DNA of 63,862 nt, filler included, from Thelocarpon superellum (taxonomy: Eukaryota): NCBI GenBank assembly GCA_026025795.1. It is 5 parts of 5 records of this genome, joined end to end, with 100 filler letters (N's around TTAATTAATTAA, not from the genome) between each part and the next. Parts side by side here need not be neighbours in the genome. Positions count along the whole stretch, not along the records: positions 13,016 to 25,864 come from JAPEUG010000474.1; 4 more parts are not named here. One strand, given 5' to 3'. Below, piece after piece: positions 13,016-23,868 of the stretch (position 1 is its first letter; the number at the start of each line of letters is the position of its first letter). The position numbers and the translations under genes were made by a program. Below the pieces are notes generated by a model. The model was not told the DNA's origin and made no database searches. It worked only from the letters and a program-made list of their open reading frames with translations.

Positions 13016-14170
13016 CGCGTAGAGATGCGTCGGCAGGTATGGTAGGTGGCCGCGATCGTCGGCGGATCGGCCCAGCTAAGCCTACGGCTCGGTCGCGGCG
13101 ACTAGGCGCCCGTTGACAAACGATAAGGGGGGTGCGTGGGATTCCAGCGGTGGCGGTGCCTGAGACGACTGCGCCTGGATTGACGAGAAGAATTGGCTCG
13201 GATGGTGCAGGTCGGCGGATGATATGCAGGTGAGGGGTCTGGGGGATGGGACTGGGGCTGGCGGGGCTCTTCGGTCGGCTTCGACGACTCTTCCACGACG
13301 CTGGGCAGGCTCGTGGCAAGAGCTCGACGGAAATAATGTGGGATCTTGGCCCGTCGTGCGTGTCGACGTCGGCGTGCGTCCGACTAGACCAGGATGGCGG
13401 GCGACTGCTCCCTCCCTCTCTTGCCCAACCACCGACGGCGACGGGCAAGTGGGACGAGTGGAGCCCTAGGCGGTGAATTTCCTGCGTGGCTGGTGAGCTT
13501 GACGTACCTGTCTCTCTAGCCGATCACTTTGGGGGATGGTCTCGGCGGCGACAACGAGGCCCGGTCGACGTTGATCCGATGCAGCAGCGGATGGAACAGC
13601 GACTACGTGGGCGATCTAGCAGGCCTGGGGATGGTAGTGTATATCAGGACAGACGGCGTGGCAGGCAACGTGCAACATATACGAGGCGCCCCGCCTGCGC
13701 CACACGCTCTGCTCATGTGCAGCGCACTGGCTAGAGATGAGGAGCGATTGCGTCGGTGCCATGGGGCCCGGGAGCCACGGCGCTCGTCTCGTGCAATCCT
13801 TACCGCCGAGACATGTGACATGGGATGGGGCGCCTGGGGCATTATTGAGGGACATTCGTCGATGTTCAGTACTACTGTACGCCAGGTGCCGAGCCACTAC
13901 AAGGGTGAATACGAGTCACTTCAGGTACGGGGGTCCCCCACCTGGATAGGCGAAGCTCGGTGTACCTTCGGGGCTGTCGCTACTAGCGACTACTACTAGT
14001 AGTATAGTATTAGTCGTGAGGACTCGCCCGGCGCCCCCAGCAAGTATGGCAATGACGATGACGTCGACGGCGCCGTCGGTGGGAGCGCTCCACGAATATC
14101 CACGGACTCGTACTACAATTAGATGAGAGCGAGTTCTTCACCACGGGATTGCGCAAGATGAACGCATGTT

Positions 14171-15256
14171 ATGTACAACGCTCATACTGACATCCTCCTG
14201 GTATGAACGGCATCGCATCGCATTGCATCGCACAGCATGGACGCCGCTGACCTCCCCAGGCTGGAGCGATTGCCGCGTTCAGTGTCGACGTGCTGGTGTA
14301 CCCGCTGGACACGCTGAAGACGAGGTTCCAATCGCCCGACTACCACCGACTCTATCGCAATCGAACGCTTCTCTACCGCGGGCTCTACCAAGGACTGGGG
14401 AGTGTCGTGATAGCCACCGTGCCAGCATGTACGTCTGCCCCGCCCCCACACGCACCAGTTCCCGGCTCTGATCTAACACCGTCCGCCCCGTTCGGCGCGT
14501 CCAGCCGGAGCATTCTTCACCACCTACGAAGGCACCAAGGCCTTTCTACACGCACACAACCCCACCTCTCCACATGGCACGCCCTACGTCCCCACGGCGC
14601 TCGTCCACGGCGCGGCCTCGGCCACGGCCGAGCTGGTGTCGTGCGCCATCCTCACCCCGGCGGAGGTAATCAAGCAGAATGCGCAGATGGTACAAGGCTC
14701 CGCCTCCTCGTCCACCTCCTCCACGAACGCGACGCTCCAGACGCTCCGCCGCTTCCAACACCCAGCCCAGCTCTGGCGCGGCTACTTTGCGCTCGCGGCG
14801 CGCAACCTGCCCTTCACCGCGATGCACTTCCCGCTGTTCGAGCACCTGCGCATGGCGCTGGTGGCGTCTCGCGAGCGGGCCGGGCTGCAGAGCGACACGG
14901 TGCTCCATCGTGGCGCCATCACGGCGGTCAGTGCGGGCGCGGCCGGCGCGGTGGCGGCCGTGCTCACGACGCCGGTCGATGTCGTCAAGACCCGCATCAT
15001 GCTCGCCGCGGGCGAGACGCGTGGTGCCGTCCACGCGCTGGCTGGGTCGGCCGCGGACAAGGAGAAGGCCGGGAACCGCCCGGGCGCCTACGCCATCGGA
15101 CGCCAGATCCTCCGCGCCGAGGGCGTGCGCGGTCTGTGGCGCGGGGGCCTGCTCCGTGGTGCGTGGACCGCCATGGGCAGTGGCCTCTACCTCGGCATCT
15201 ATGAAGCCGGGCGGATATGGCTCGGTGCGAGTCGGTCCGGGCTGGATGATTTCTAG
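14171..15256 (+). CDS. PET8: Mitochondrial carrier family protein, SAM carrier (Pet8/Sam5)-like
   Basis: Three carrier signatures: YPLDTLKTRFQ, TPAEVIKQNAQ and TPVDVVKTRIM. Also ARNLPFTAMHFPLFE. Two introns at about 14201-14259 and 14429-14504. Confidence 0.8.
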
Positions 15257-15623
15257 TCTCGTTGCATGTCACATAGATCGTCTGGATCACGCGCCTGCCA
15301 TAGATGAGACTGATGCTGGATGAGACATGTCGAGTCAAATACAATAGCCCTCGCTCCATCCGCCCCACTCGTCCCACCCCATCCCATCTTATAGAGCAGA
15401 CAAAAGCGGAACCAACCGACAGAAAACAGAAAACTAAAAGGAGAGAGGAGAGAAACAACACGCCCAGGGGAATCAACATTCATCATCAACGCCAGCTGCC
15501 TCTGCCACCACCGCACAAGCTCGTACAAGGATGCCGTCCATGATCGAGTACAACGCAACATCCACTCAACACCAGTCTTCACCCTCAATCCACTCTTCTC
15601 CTCACTCTTCCCTCCCTCTTCCC

Positions 15624-18600
15624 TCACACGCCCATCTTGGCCCCGATCCCCTTCCACCACGACGACCGCTTGTCGCCCATGGCGGGACGCCCGTCAAAGG
15701 TACGACCACCGCCCATGCCGGCACGGGCGTAGTAGTCGGTGCTGGAGCGCTTGAGCGCCGGGCCACGCCGCAAGATCTCGTCGCTCCCCTCGGAACTGCG
15801 CTGGGCTTCGCGCTCGCTGCGCCGCAGCTCCTTGCGCCGTCGCTTGGCGTCGAGCTCCGCGCCGCTGCTGATGTCGCGGTAACGAGTCGACTGGCGACGC
15901 GAGGACCGTCGCGCCTCGCGCCGACCTTCCTCTTCGTTGGTCGAGTCGTCGTAGAGACCGTTGGCCGGCGGCGCGTCGAGCACCGTCGGCGTGATGGGCG
16001 GCGGCGCGGGCGGTTCGATGATCTGCGAGTTGACCCATGACGATGTGGGGTCGGTATCGGATCGGTGGATCCCGTTGAGGTACGGATCGCGCTTGCGCGA
16101 ACTGGCCGGCGGCCGCCCGTTGCGAGGATCAAAGTAGTCGTCCACCTGGCGCGTGGGGGGAGAGGACTTGCGTCGATCGTCGCGCGGAGTGCGCCGAGCT
16201 CGCCGCTCGTCCTTCCGCGCCCGATGGTCGTCGTCCTCGAGTGGTACCTCGCGCGTTGGCGCATCCGCATACGACTTGCGTCGCTCCGACTTACGCGGCG
16301 GCGTTGTCGCCGCCTCATGCTCCACCGCCACCCCGTTGCCGCCCGACATCTCCTGCTCGCGCCGCCGAGCGCGGCGCTCTTCCCGCCGCTGTGCCTCGCG
16401 ATCCTCGGCCTCCTTTCTTGCCTCCTCCTCGCGCGCCGACTTGGCGTCCCGGGCGGCTCGCCGCGCCCGCTTCTCCTCGACTCGTCGCGCTTCTCGCTCC
16501 TCTTCCTCGCGCGCCGCCCGGTCCTTGGCTGCCTTGGCTTTCCGCTTGCGTGCGTCGAGCGCTTGCCGTTCGGCCTCTCTGCGCCGCTCGCGTCGCTCGT
16601 CCGCCTCCCGTGCTTCGGCCTCGCGAGCTTCACGCTCCGCCGTCTCACGCGCGGCACGTCGCTCGCGCCGGTCCTTGCGCCGCGCTTCCGCCCCCTCGTT
16701 GTCCGTCGCCGTGCCGCCGGTGAGGGGCCGATCGGTGCTGGTCGCCTCGGGATCCGAGCTGCTCTTGGTCGATCGGCGAACTTTGCGCGAGTCCCGCCGC
16801 AGCGCCCGCGCGTCGTCCTCGTCAAGGCCCCGGCTCCGCCTTCGATCATCCCCGTCCCCGGTGGCACGAGGCTTCGACATGAACGATCCAAACAGTCCTC
16901 CTAAGCCTTTCAGCCCGTCGGGTCGCTTGTTGGTCGATGCCGTACGCTTGGCCGATGCGTCCGGAGACCGACGCAGCCGGGTGGGCCCTTTCTCGTCCCC
17001 TCCGGACGAGGTCTCGACGGCTCGGTCGGCACTCGGCGCGTCGACCATGACGATATCCTCTCCCAGCAAATCGCCCGCCGTCGTCATGTCCCTTTTCGTC
17101 TTGGTCGCCTTGGCCTTGGCCGCCCCCTTCTTCCCCGGGGCACCATAGACGAATTCGTCTGCCGATCGGTCCACGATGACCATGTCGTCGTCGGCCGCCG
17201 GTTTCACGTCTGATACCCCGGTTAGCTTCGTCTTGACCATGAGACTGTCGTGCCTACCTCGAGACTTGGTCTTGACCCTGGTGGATTCCCGCCGCACTAG
17301 CTTCGCCGCCTTGGCCTCGGTGGTGCCCAGCAGTTTCGCCGCCTTGGCCGAACTCGCCATGCGGACCGGCTCATCGCTTGACGGGGGCGAGAGCTGTCGG
17401 GGCGCATCGACATCGGCCGAGTCACGACGAGAGGACTTGGACGTGAGCGTGTCACGCTTCGATTTGGTGCGCGGCGGCGCCGGGGTCCCCGCCAGGAACT
17501 GGGAGAAGCTGAGGCCTTTGGACTTGGTCGGTCGTGCGTCGGGCTGCGCAGTGCCCTCCTTCTTCTCCTTGTCTGAAGACGAATCTTTCGAAGACGGCGG
17601 GTCGGCGGTCTTGTCGGAGGGTTTCCGCGCCGACTTGGATCGGTTGAGGCGCGGCGTGGCGTCCTTGGCCTTGGGGGCCGACGGGAGGGCCAAATCGTCC
17701 TTGGCCTTTCGATCGGCCGGCTTCACTTCCTTGCGCGCCGAGGCGCCCCAGAAACCCCACGAGGACTCGTCGCGGACCACGCGAGGACGCTCCTTCTTGA
17801 CCGGTTTGGACTCATCGGGCGGAGGAGACGACGTCTCGTCCATCTTCGATCCTTTGACGGTCTTCTTCTTCTTCGTCGCCCCTTTCCCGTCCGCGTCGTC
17901 GTCGGCGCCGTCCGAGGGAAAACTTCCGGGGAGGCCCTTGGAATCCTTCTTGCTCTTGGTGCCCTTCGCTTCCTCTGCCGCCGCTGCCTCGGCGTCCGCT
18001 TTCTTTGTCGCGAGCTTCGAGGTGGCGGTCTTGGTCTTGCTCGCGCTGGTTCCCTTGGTCGTGGTGGCGGGCTCGGGGGACGTAGAGCGGTCCTTGTCCT
18101 TATCCTTCGACTTGCCCTTCTCCAGCGCCTTGATCTTCTCGGCGACGGAGGATTTGGTGGTTTTGGAGGACGTCAGCTTCGAGGCAGCCGCTGTCGTGAC
18201 GTCCTTGTCCTTGCTCTCCTTGGCCTTGCTAGTCCCTTCTGGCTTCTTCGACAGGGATTTGTCAAGCGAGCCCTTCTGATTGGTCGATTTCTTCTCGTCG
18301 TCGTTATCGCTCGAGGACTTCTTGGCAGTCTCGGTCGACTTCTTGGGGACTTTCTTGGCCGAGCCCCAGAAGCTGAAGATGTCTTCCTTGGGTTTTTCCT
18401 TGTCCTTGTCCTTCTCTTTCTCCTTGTCCTTGTCCTTGTCCTTATCCTTGGTCTTGTCCTTGTCCTTGTCCTTGTCCTTGTCCTTGTCCTTCGCCTTCGC
18501 CTTCTCCTTCTCCTCCTTTTCCTTCAGCTTGGCCTTCTCCTTCTCTTTCGCCGCCTTCTCCTTCTCCTTGGCAGCCTCCTTCTCCTTTTCCTTCTCCTTT

Positions 18601-21593
18601 TCCTTTTCCCTCTTGAGCTTCTCCTTCTCCTTTTCCTTCTCCTTCTCCTTCTCCTTCTCTTCCTTCTTCGCCTTCTCCTTATCTTCCTTCTCCTTCTTCA
18701 GTCGCTCCTTTTCCTTCAACTTGGCCTCCTCCTTAGCCTTTTTCTCCCTTTCTTCCTTCTCCTTCTTTTCCTTCTCCTCCTTCTCCTTCTTTTCCTTCTC
18801 CTTCTTCTCCTTCTCCTTCTCCTTCTTCTCGCGTTCGAGTTCTTCCCTTTCCTTCTTCTCCTTTTCCTTGCGTTCCTTCTCCTTTTCCTTGGTCGTCTTC
18901 CGATCCGGACTCTTGGACTTCTCGTCTGCCTGGTCCTCTATCGCAGACGCGTCGGCCTTGGCGGCCTTGCTGCTCGAGTTGGTCAAGGAGCGACTGAGCG
19001 TCGTGGTCGACTTGCTCTTGGAGTCCTTCTTCCTGGACTCGTCCACGAGGTCGGCATCGAGCTCATCCGTCTTGCTCGACTTCTTGCCCTTGTCGTCCTT
19101 CTTGGCCTTCTCGTCCGCCTTCACCTCGTCCTTTTTCTTCTTCTCCTTCTCGACCTCTCTCTCTTCCTTCTCCTTCTCCTTGGTGGACTTGGTTTTGGAG
19201 GAGGACGTGCCGATGCCACCCCAGATGCTCTTGACGGCCTTGGCCGCGGGCTCCTCCTTGACCTTGTCGGCTTTATCGCTCTTGGCCGCCTTCTTGTCAC
19301 TCTTGGACTCATCCACGACGGCGATGATGTCGTTGTCGCTCTCGGAGCGGCTCTTTTTGCTCGCCGTCTCCTCGGCCTTGGTGGACTTGGTGGTCTTGGT
19401 GGTTTTCTTCGCCTTCAACGGCACAAAGTTGGCCCACTCGTCGTCGTCATCAGCCTCGGCGGCGCCAGGAGGAGGCGTCAGACCTTGGCTCGGCGGCGTC
19501 GGGGCCGGCGGTGGAGCCTCGACCGCGCTGGTGCTCTTCTTCGTCTTCTTCTTGTCCTTCTTGGCGGTGCCCCACGTGCCCCAGGTGTCGTCCTCCTCGG
19601 CCTTGGCCTCGACGATGGCGTCGGGTTTGACGGTGGAGGCGCCCGCGTCTTTGTCGGCCACCTCGACGATGCCCTTCTTGTCCTTCTTCTTCTTGCTGGA
19701 GAGACCCCATCCGCCCCAATCGTCGTCGCCGACATCGAGGGCGGGCTCGTCGATGGCGTCGGGCTTCACGGTGACGTCATCCTTGCCGGACTTGCCGGAT
19801 TTGGTGGACTTGGCGTCGTCGTCCTGCCCTTTGCTCTTCTTCTTCTTCTTGTCTTTGGTCGTCGATCCCCAGCCCCCCAGCCAATCGTCCTCTTTCTCGT
19901 TCACCTCCGGCACGGGGGGGGGTGGTGGCGGCGGTGGCGGGACCGGATCAGAGGACTTCGTTTCGACGAGGGCGGTGCTCTTCTTGCTCTTCTTGCCTTT
20001 TTTGGCGCTCCCCCAGTCGGCCCAGTCATCGTCGGCGACGGTCGTGATAGCCTCGGCGACCGCGGCCGGTTCGACGATGGTGAGAGGATCGTCTTCGACT
20101 TTCGCGTCGGCCGTGCTCTTCTTAGTCTTCTTCTTGTCCTTCTTGGCCGTGTCCCACACGCTCCAGCTATCATCGTTGAGGACGGTGGAGTCGGCGAGGG
20201 CGGTGGCCTTGTCGTCCTTGGACGTGTCCTTGGAAGTGTCCTCGGCCTTGTCCTTTCCGATGCTCTTCTTCGCGGCCTTCTTCTTCTCCTTCTCCGTCAT
20301 GAAGGTGCCCCATTCGTCTTCGGCCGCGGCGGTGGTGGGATCCTTAGTGCCCCAGACGTCGGCGGTCGGCTTCTCCTCCTTGACCTCGGAGATGGCACCC
20401 TTCTTGGACTTTTTGTCCTTCTTGGCCGTGCCCCATTCGGTCCAGTTGTCGCCATCGTCGGTGGTCTTGGCCTCGCCAATGATGACTGGGTCGGCGGCTT
20501 TCTCCGCGGGCTCATCTGACGCGCCGGGGCCTTTCTTCTTCTTCTTGTCCTTCTTATTGCCGACGGACGTGAAGCCGCCCCAGTCATCGTCGTCTTTGCC
20601 GGCATCGACCTTGGGCTCGTCCGCCGGCTCCTCGGTGAGATCGCCAAAGTTGAAGCCACCCAGGCCGCCGTCCTTCTTCTTCTTGTCTTTCTTGGACCCA
20701 AACGACCAGGGGTTATCGTCGGCTTTGGCCTTCGTCTCCTTCTCCTTGGCGTCTCCGGTCCCAAAGTCGAAGCCGCTCGGGCTATCCCACTTGCTCCCCC
20801 AGGTGCCGAAGCCAAGGCTACCATTCGCTTTGGTCTCGCTGGCGCCGAAGCTCAGATCGATCTTGGGCACATCGTCGAGGGCAACGTCGTCAAACTTCCC
20901 CCCAGCCTTCTCCGCACCTTTGGCCGCCGCAGCGGGAGGGGGCGGCGTGGGTTCCTTGGCCTTCTTGCCCTTCTTCTTACTCTTGGTGCTTTGGAAGCCC
21001 CACTCATCGTCCGGGTTGGCCTCCTCGGCCCAGCCGACGGCCATCGCGGCCGTATCCTCGTCCTCGTCCTTGTTCTTCTTCTCTTCTTCCTCCTTTTTCT
21101 TCTCGTCATCATCCTTGCCCTTCTTCTTGTCCTTCTTCTTCTTCTTGTCATCGCCGTCGTCGCCATCATTGCCGCCCGCGCCGTCGGCACCTCCACCGTG
21201 CCCACCGCCTCCTTCACCATCATCGTCGTCCTCATTCTTATCTCCGTCATCGTCGGAATCGGCCCACTTTGCCTGCTGGGCTTTTTTCTGTGCCTGCTTC
21301 TTCTTCTTGGCCGACGCGTGCTCGCGAAGGCCGCCGATGGAGGCCAGATCGGGGTGGGGTTGCAAGGGATCGTTTACCCACGGCCGCTTCTGCGCCGGGG
21401 CTGCATGGATGTGGTAGGGTGGTGGTGCGGGGGCCGCGCGCGCGTCGGTGTGGGCTTTCGCCAAACAGGCCGTATCGGTAAAGTCGGGGGGCATGTCCTG
21501 CAACGCCTCGTCATAGGAAGGGGGGGGGTTACCATAGGGCGCGGGGCCGTCGCGCGAGCATGCGCGACGGCCATTCGTCAACGTGATCGTCAT
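15624..21593 (-). CDS. Very large (~2000 aa) intrinsically disordered K/D/E-rich protein with repeated acidic WG/WxxF motifs, a KEKE/charged helix and N-terminal PY motifs
   Basis: 2110-codon open frame with strong GC3 bias (open to 21956, so the start codon is uncertain). Probable in-frame 48-nt intron at 17257-17210 (GTAGGC...GCTAAC...CAG). Confidence 0.85.
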   Translation of the reverse strand: MTITLTNGRRACSRDGPAPYGNPPPSYDEALQDMPPDFTDTACLAKAHTDARAAPAPPPYHIHAAPAQKRPWVNDPLQPHPDLASIGGLREHASAKKKKQAQKKAQQAKWADSDDDGDKNEDDDDGEGGGGHGGGADGAGGNDGDDGDDKKKKKDKKKGKDDDEKKKEEEEKKNKDEDEDTAAMAVGWAEEANPDDEWGFQSTKSKKKGKKAKEPTPPPPAAAAKGAEKAGGKFDDVALDDVPKIDLSFGASETKANGSLGFGTWGSKWDSPSGFDFGTGDAKEKETKAKADDNPWSFGSKKDKKKKDGGLGGFNFGDLTEEPADEPKVDAGKDDDDWGGFTSVGNKKDKKKKKGPGASDEPAEKAADPVIIGEAKTTDDGDNWTEWGTAKKDKKSKKGAISEVKEEKPTADVWGTKDPTTAAAEDEWGTFMTEKEKKKAAKKSIGKDKAEDTSKDTSKDDKATALADSTVLNDDSWSVWDTAKKDKKKTKKSTADAKVEDDPLTIVEPAAVAEAITTVADDDWADWGSAKKGKKSKKSTALVETKSSDPVPPPPPPPPPVPEVNEKEDDWLGGWGSTTKDKKKKKSKGQDDDAKSTKSGKSGKDDVTVKPDAIDEPALDVGDDDWGGWGLSSKKKKDKKGIVEVADKDAGASTVKPDAIVEAKAEEDDTWGTWGTAKKDKKKTKKSTSAVEAPPPAPTPPSQGLTPPPGAAEADDDDEWANFVPLKAKKTTKTTKSTKAEETASKKSRSESDNDIIAVVDESKSDKKAAKSDKADKVKEEPAAKAVKSIWGGIGTSSSKTKSTKEKEKEEREVEKEKKKKDEVKADEKAKKDDKGKKSSKTDELDADLVDESRKKDSKSKSTTTLSRSLTNSSSKAAKADASAIEDQADEKSKSPDRKTTKEKEKERKEKEKKEREELEREKKEKEKEKKEKEKKEKEEKEKKEKEEREKKAKEEAKLKEKERLKKEKEDKEKAKKEEKEKEKEKEKEKEKLKREKEKEKEKEKEAAKEKEKAAKEKEKAKLKEKEEKEKAKAKDKDKDKDKDKDKTKDKDKDKDKEKEKDKDKEKPKEDIFSFWGSAKKVPKKSTETAKKSSSDNDDEKKSTNQKGSLDKSLSKKPEGTSKAKESKDKDVTTAAASKLTSSKTTKSSVAEKIKALEKGKSKDKDKDRSTSPEPATTTKGTSASKTKTATSKLATKKADAEAAAAEEAKGTKSKKDSKGLPGSFPSDGADDDADGKGATKKKKTVKGSKMDETSSPPPDESKPVKKERPRVVRDESSWGFWGASARKEVKPADRKAKDDLALPSAPKAKDATPRLNRSKSARKPSDKTADPPSSKDSSSDKEKKEGTAQPDARPTKSKGLSFSQFLAGTPAPPRTKSKRDTLTSKSSRRDSADVDAPRQLSPPSSDEPVRMASSAKAAKLLGTTEAKAAKLVRRESTRVKTKSRGRHDSLMVKTKLTGVSDVKPAADDDMVIVDRSADEFVYGAPGKKGAAKAKATKTKRDMTTAGDLLGEDIVMVDAPSADRAVETSSGGDEKGPTRLRRSPDASAKRTASTNKRPDGLKGLGGLFGSFMSKPRATGDGDDRRRSRGLDEDDARALRRDSRKVRRSTKSSSDPEATSTDRPLTGGTATDNEGAEARRKDRRERRAARETAEREAREAEAREADERRERRREAERQALDARKRKAKAAKDRAAREEEEREARRVEEKRARRAARDAKSAREEEARKEAEDREAQRREERRARRREQEMSGGNGVAVEHEAATTPPRKSERRKSYADAPTREVPLEDDDHRARKDERRARRTPRDDRRKSSPPTRQVDDYFDPRNGRPPASSRKRDPYLNGIHRSDTDPTSSWVNSQIIEPPAPPPITPTVLDAPPANGLYDDSTNEEEGRREARRSSRRQSTRYRDISSGAELDAKRRRKELRRSEREAQRSSEGSDEILRRGPALKRSSTDYYARAGMGGGRTFDGRPAMGDKRSSWWKGIGAKMGV

Positions 21594-23687
21594 CAGGGTC
21601 CGTTTGGAGTCGGGGGTATCGGGTTGCTGAACGGGCACATCATTAGATTCGGCATCAAGATGACGGACAGGGCGTCCAGAGACAAGTCGTCCTACCGAAG
21701 GCGCGGGCGACGACGAAAGCGCAAAGCTACGGACAATGCTTCGAACCACGGCGGCCCAGGGCGGGCCATCGCTGGTCGGGTCGGGAGGATGCTTCAGTCG
21801 CTCGACCGCGCGGGCATCGTCATCACCCGACCCAATCCTCCAGGGCTGGGTCCTTGGTCGTCGGTGGGCGCACGCGGGGTGAGCGGCGCAAGACGAGATG
21901 GCAGACGCTGCCATGGTGCTGATTCGAGCGGAGGATACGCGGGTACCAGTATGCACTCATCGAGTAAACGCGACGGACAGGCGGGATCGAAGATATGTCG
22001 GTGTGTAGCCAGGGGCGCGGGCAGGAATGAGGCACGAGGGCAGGTCGAGGCGGATGGGACGGATCCGCAAGACGGCAGTAGCGACGGATCACGATGTGTG
22101 CGCGCGGTGTCGAACGGCGGCGGAGTGAGACGCCCAGACAATGCCGGGGGTGGTGGGTGGGCGGGACGGCGAACGAGGGTCAGAAGGACTGAGGTACCAG
22201 TACTGTACTGTACCCGTCGAGAGTTGCGTGGGTGTGGAGGCGGAGATGGTCAAAGGGAGGAATGGAGGGCGGAAGTGTCGAGAGGTCACATGAAGATTGT
22301 GAGCCTCCGTCTCTCGGATGCACCTCCCTCGTCTCGTTTCTCCCCCGGACCCTGGACCCTCTTACGCCCTCTCCAGGGATCAGCCGAGTCGCAACGTCCG
22401 AGGACGGACGCTGAAGGTACAAGTGCTGGCACCGATACTGGCCCTGGCCCTGGCCCTGGTCATGGTATGGCGGACGTAGGGAGCCGCGGCGCCATGGATC
22501 CATCGGCCGTTAGCCATGACGCTGACGCGGACGCATGGGTTACTTGGTTACAGAAGGCCGATGTGACCGGTGGCCTGGCTCTGGCACCTCTCTCTGGCTA
22601 CGTTGCAGGACGTTGGACGTTGGACGTTGGACGACGTGTTTCGTCCGTCGTGGTTGGTGCCGTCAATGCTGTCCAGGCCGGAAATGCAGCAACTGCCGCC
22701 GCCGCTGCCATGGCATGCAGCGACCGTGGCGGGCGCTGGGCCCATCGTCGTCGGCTGGTGCGCATCTGCGACGCTTCCACATCCATTGCCGGCCCGGTGC
22801 GCTGCGCGGAAGATCTTGGCTCGTCTTCGGCTGCAGAGGCCGTCGGTGGCATCTTGCCGACGACAGGCGCTCTGCGGCAGCATCGCGGTGCAGCCGAGCT
22901 CACCCAATGGACCGCCAAGCCTCCCGCCAGCGCGGATACACCGCGCAGATGCCGCGCGTTGAGTGGTCGTCGCGCGTCGTCGACGATCGGAGGCATGGGC
23001 AAATGGTCCTGCAGGGTCCGTCCAACACAAAGGCTTGGACGCGAAGTAGCTGCAGCGGCGGTGGTCTAGCAATGCGCATGAGGGACGTTGAGTGGCTGCT
23101 CATTGATCGGGGGTGGGAGGATCGCCCCTCCACCCCACCCTTTCGCCGCTGCAGCGCGGTCGGCAGTGAGAACCTGTGCAGAAGTCTCGGGTGGTGCCCG
23201 GTTTGTGGGCGAGTGACTGTCTTTCTTCGCCCGCACCCGGTCGCTTCGTCGTACTCGTGCCATTACGCAGTTCTCGCTCGGCCCGAGCTGACTCGAGTAC
23301 GTCGGGCCGCTCCCATTGGTCCGCTCCTTCCCAGGATGTGACTGGCGCCGCCGGTGATTCGTCGGAGACGAAGAAGCGGTGTCGTGCCACCCCAGTCTGC
23401 AGCCAATGAGCGTCGCCTCAGCCAGACCAATGCGAAGCGTCTTGTGATGTCGGCTCCCCCACCACCTCTAATGGGCTGGACCACCGAACGCCGCCGCCAG
23501 AACTACGCCCGCTTATGACTGGCCGCCCGACGCAGCCGGTGGTGAATGAGATGCCCATTACGGAACTGAGAGCAACGACACCTCTTGGCTTTCCGCAGGC
23601 GAGCGCTGTGGCACGGCTGAAAGTGGCACCTCAGCGACGAAAGGGGCTGCACGAGTCATGATTCAATGGTCACTGTCATTATTGTCG

Positions 23688-23716
23688 CTAGGTAGTACCT
23701 ACTAGGTACTACCTAG
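23688..23716. repeat. Perfect inverted repeat (14-bp arms, 1-nt spacer)
   Basis: CTAGGTAGTACCTA-C-TAGGTACTACCTAG. Confidence 0.85.
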
Positions 23717-23868
23717 TGTCGGCGGGAGGGACATCAGTCTGGGTCATCGGCAGATCCTTTGTGTGGTACGTCAAGAGCAGGCACTTTGTCCAGGTGGGTG
23801 ACGCGTGCGCAGAGCAGGGCAGATGTCACCACCTTGTCCTCCACATCTGTTACCACAGCCTGTCACGT

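Noticed and set aside
18280..21417. 1045-aa Ser/Phe/Leu-rich plus-strand ORF
   Set aside because: It is the antisense shadow of the Lys/Glu/Asp codons of the real minus-strand gene.
22608..22633. (GGACGTT)3.5 and other short tandem repeats as CRISPR or telomere candidates
   Set aside because: There are no spacers, no cas genes and no TTAGGG arrays. These are ordinary simple repeats in a eukaryote.
20991..23069. 692-aa plus-strand ORF
   Set aside because: It is partly antisense to the giant gene. The rest has the Arg/Gly/Ala composition typical of GC-rich non-coding frames, with no motifs.
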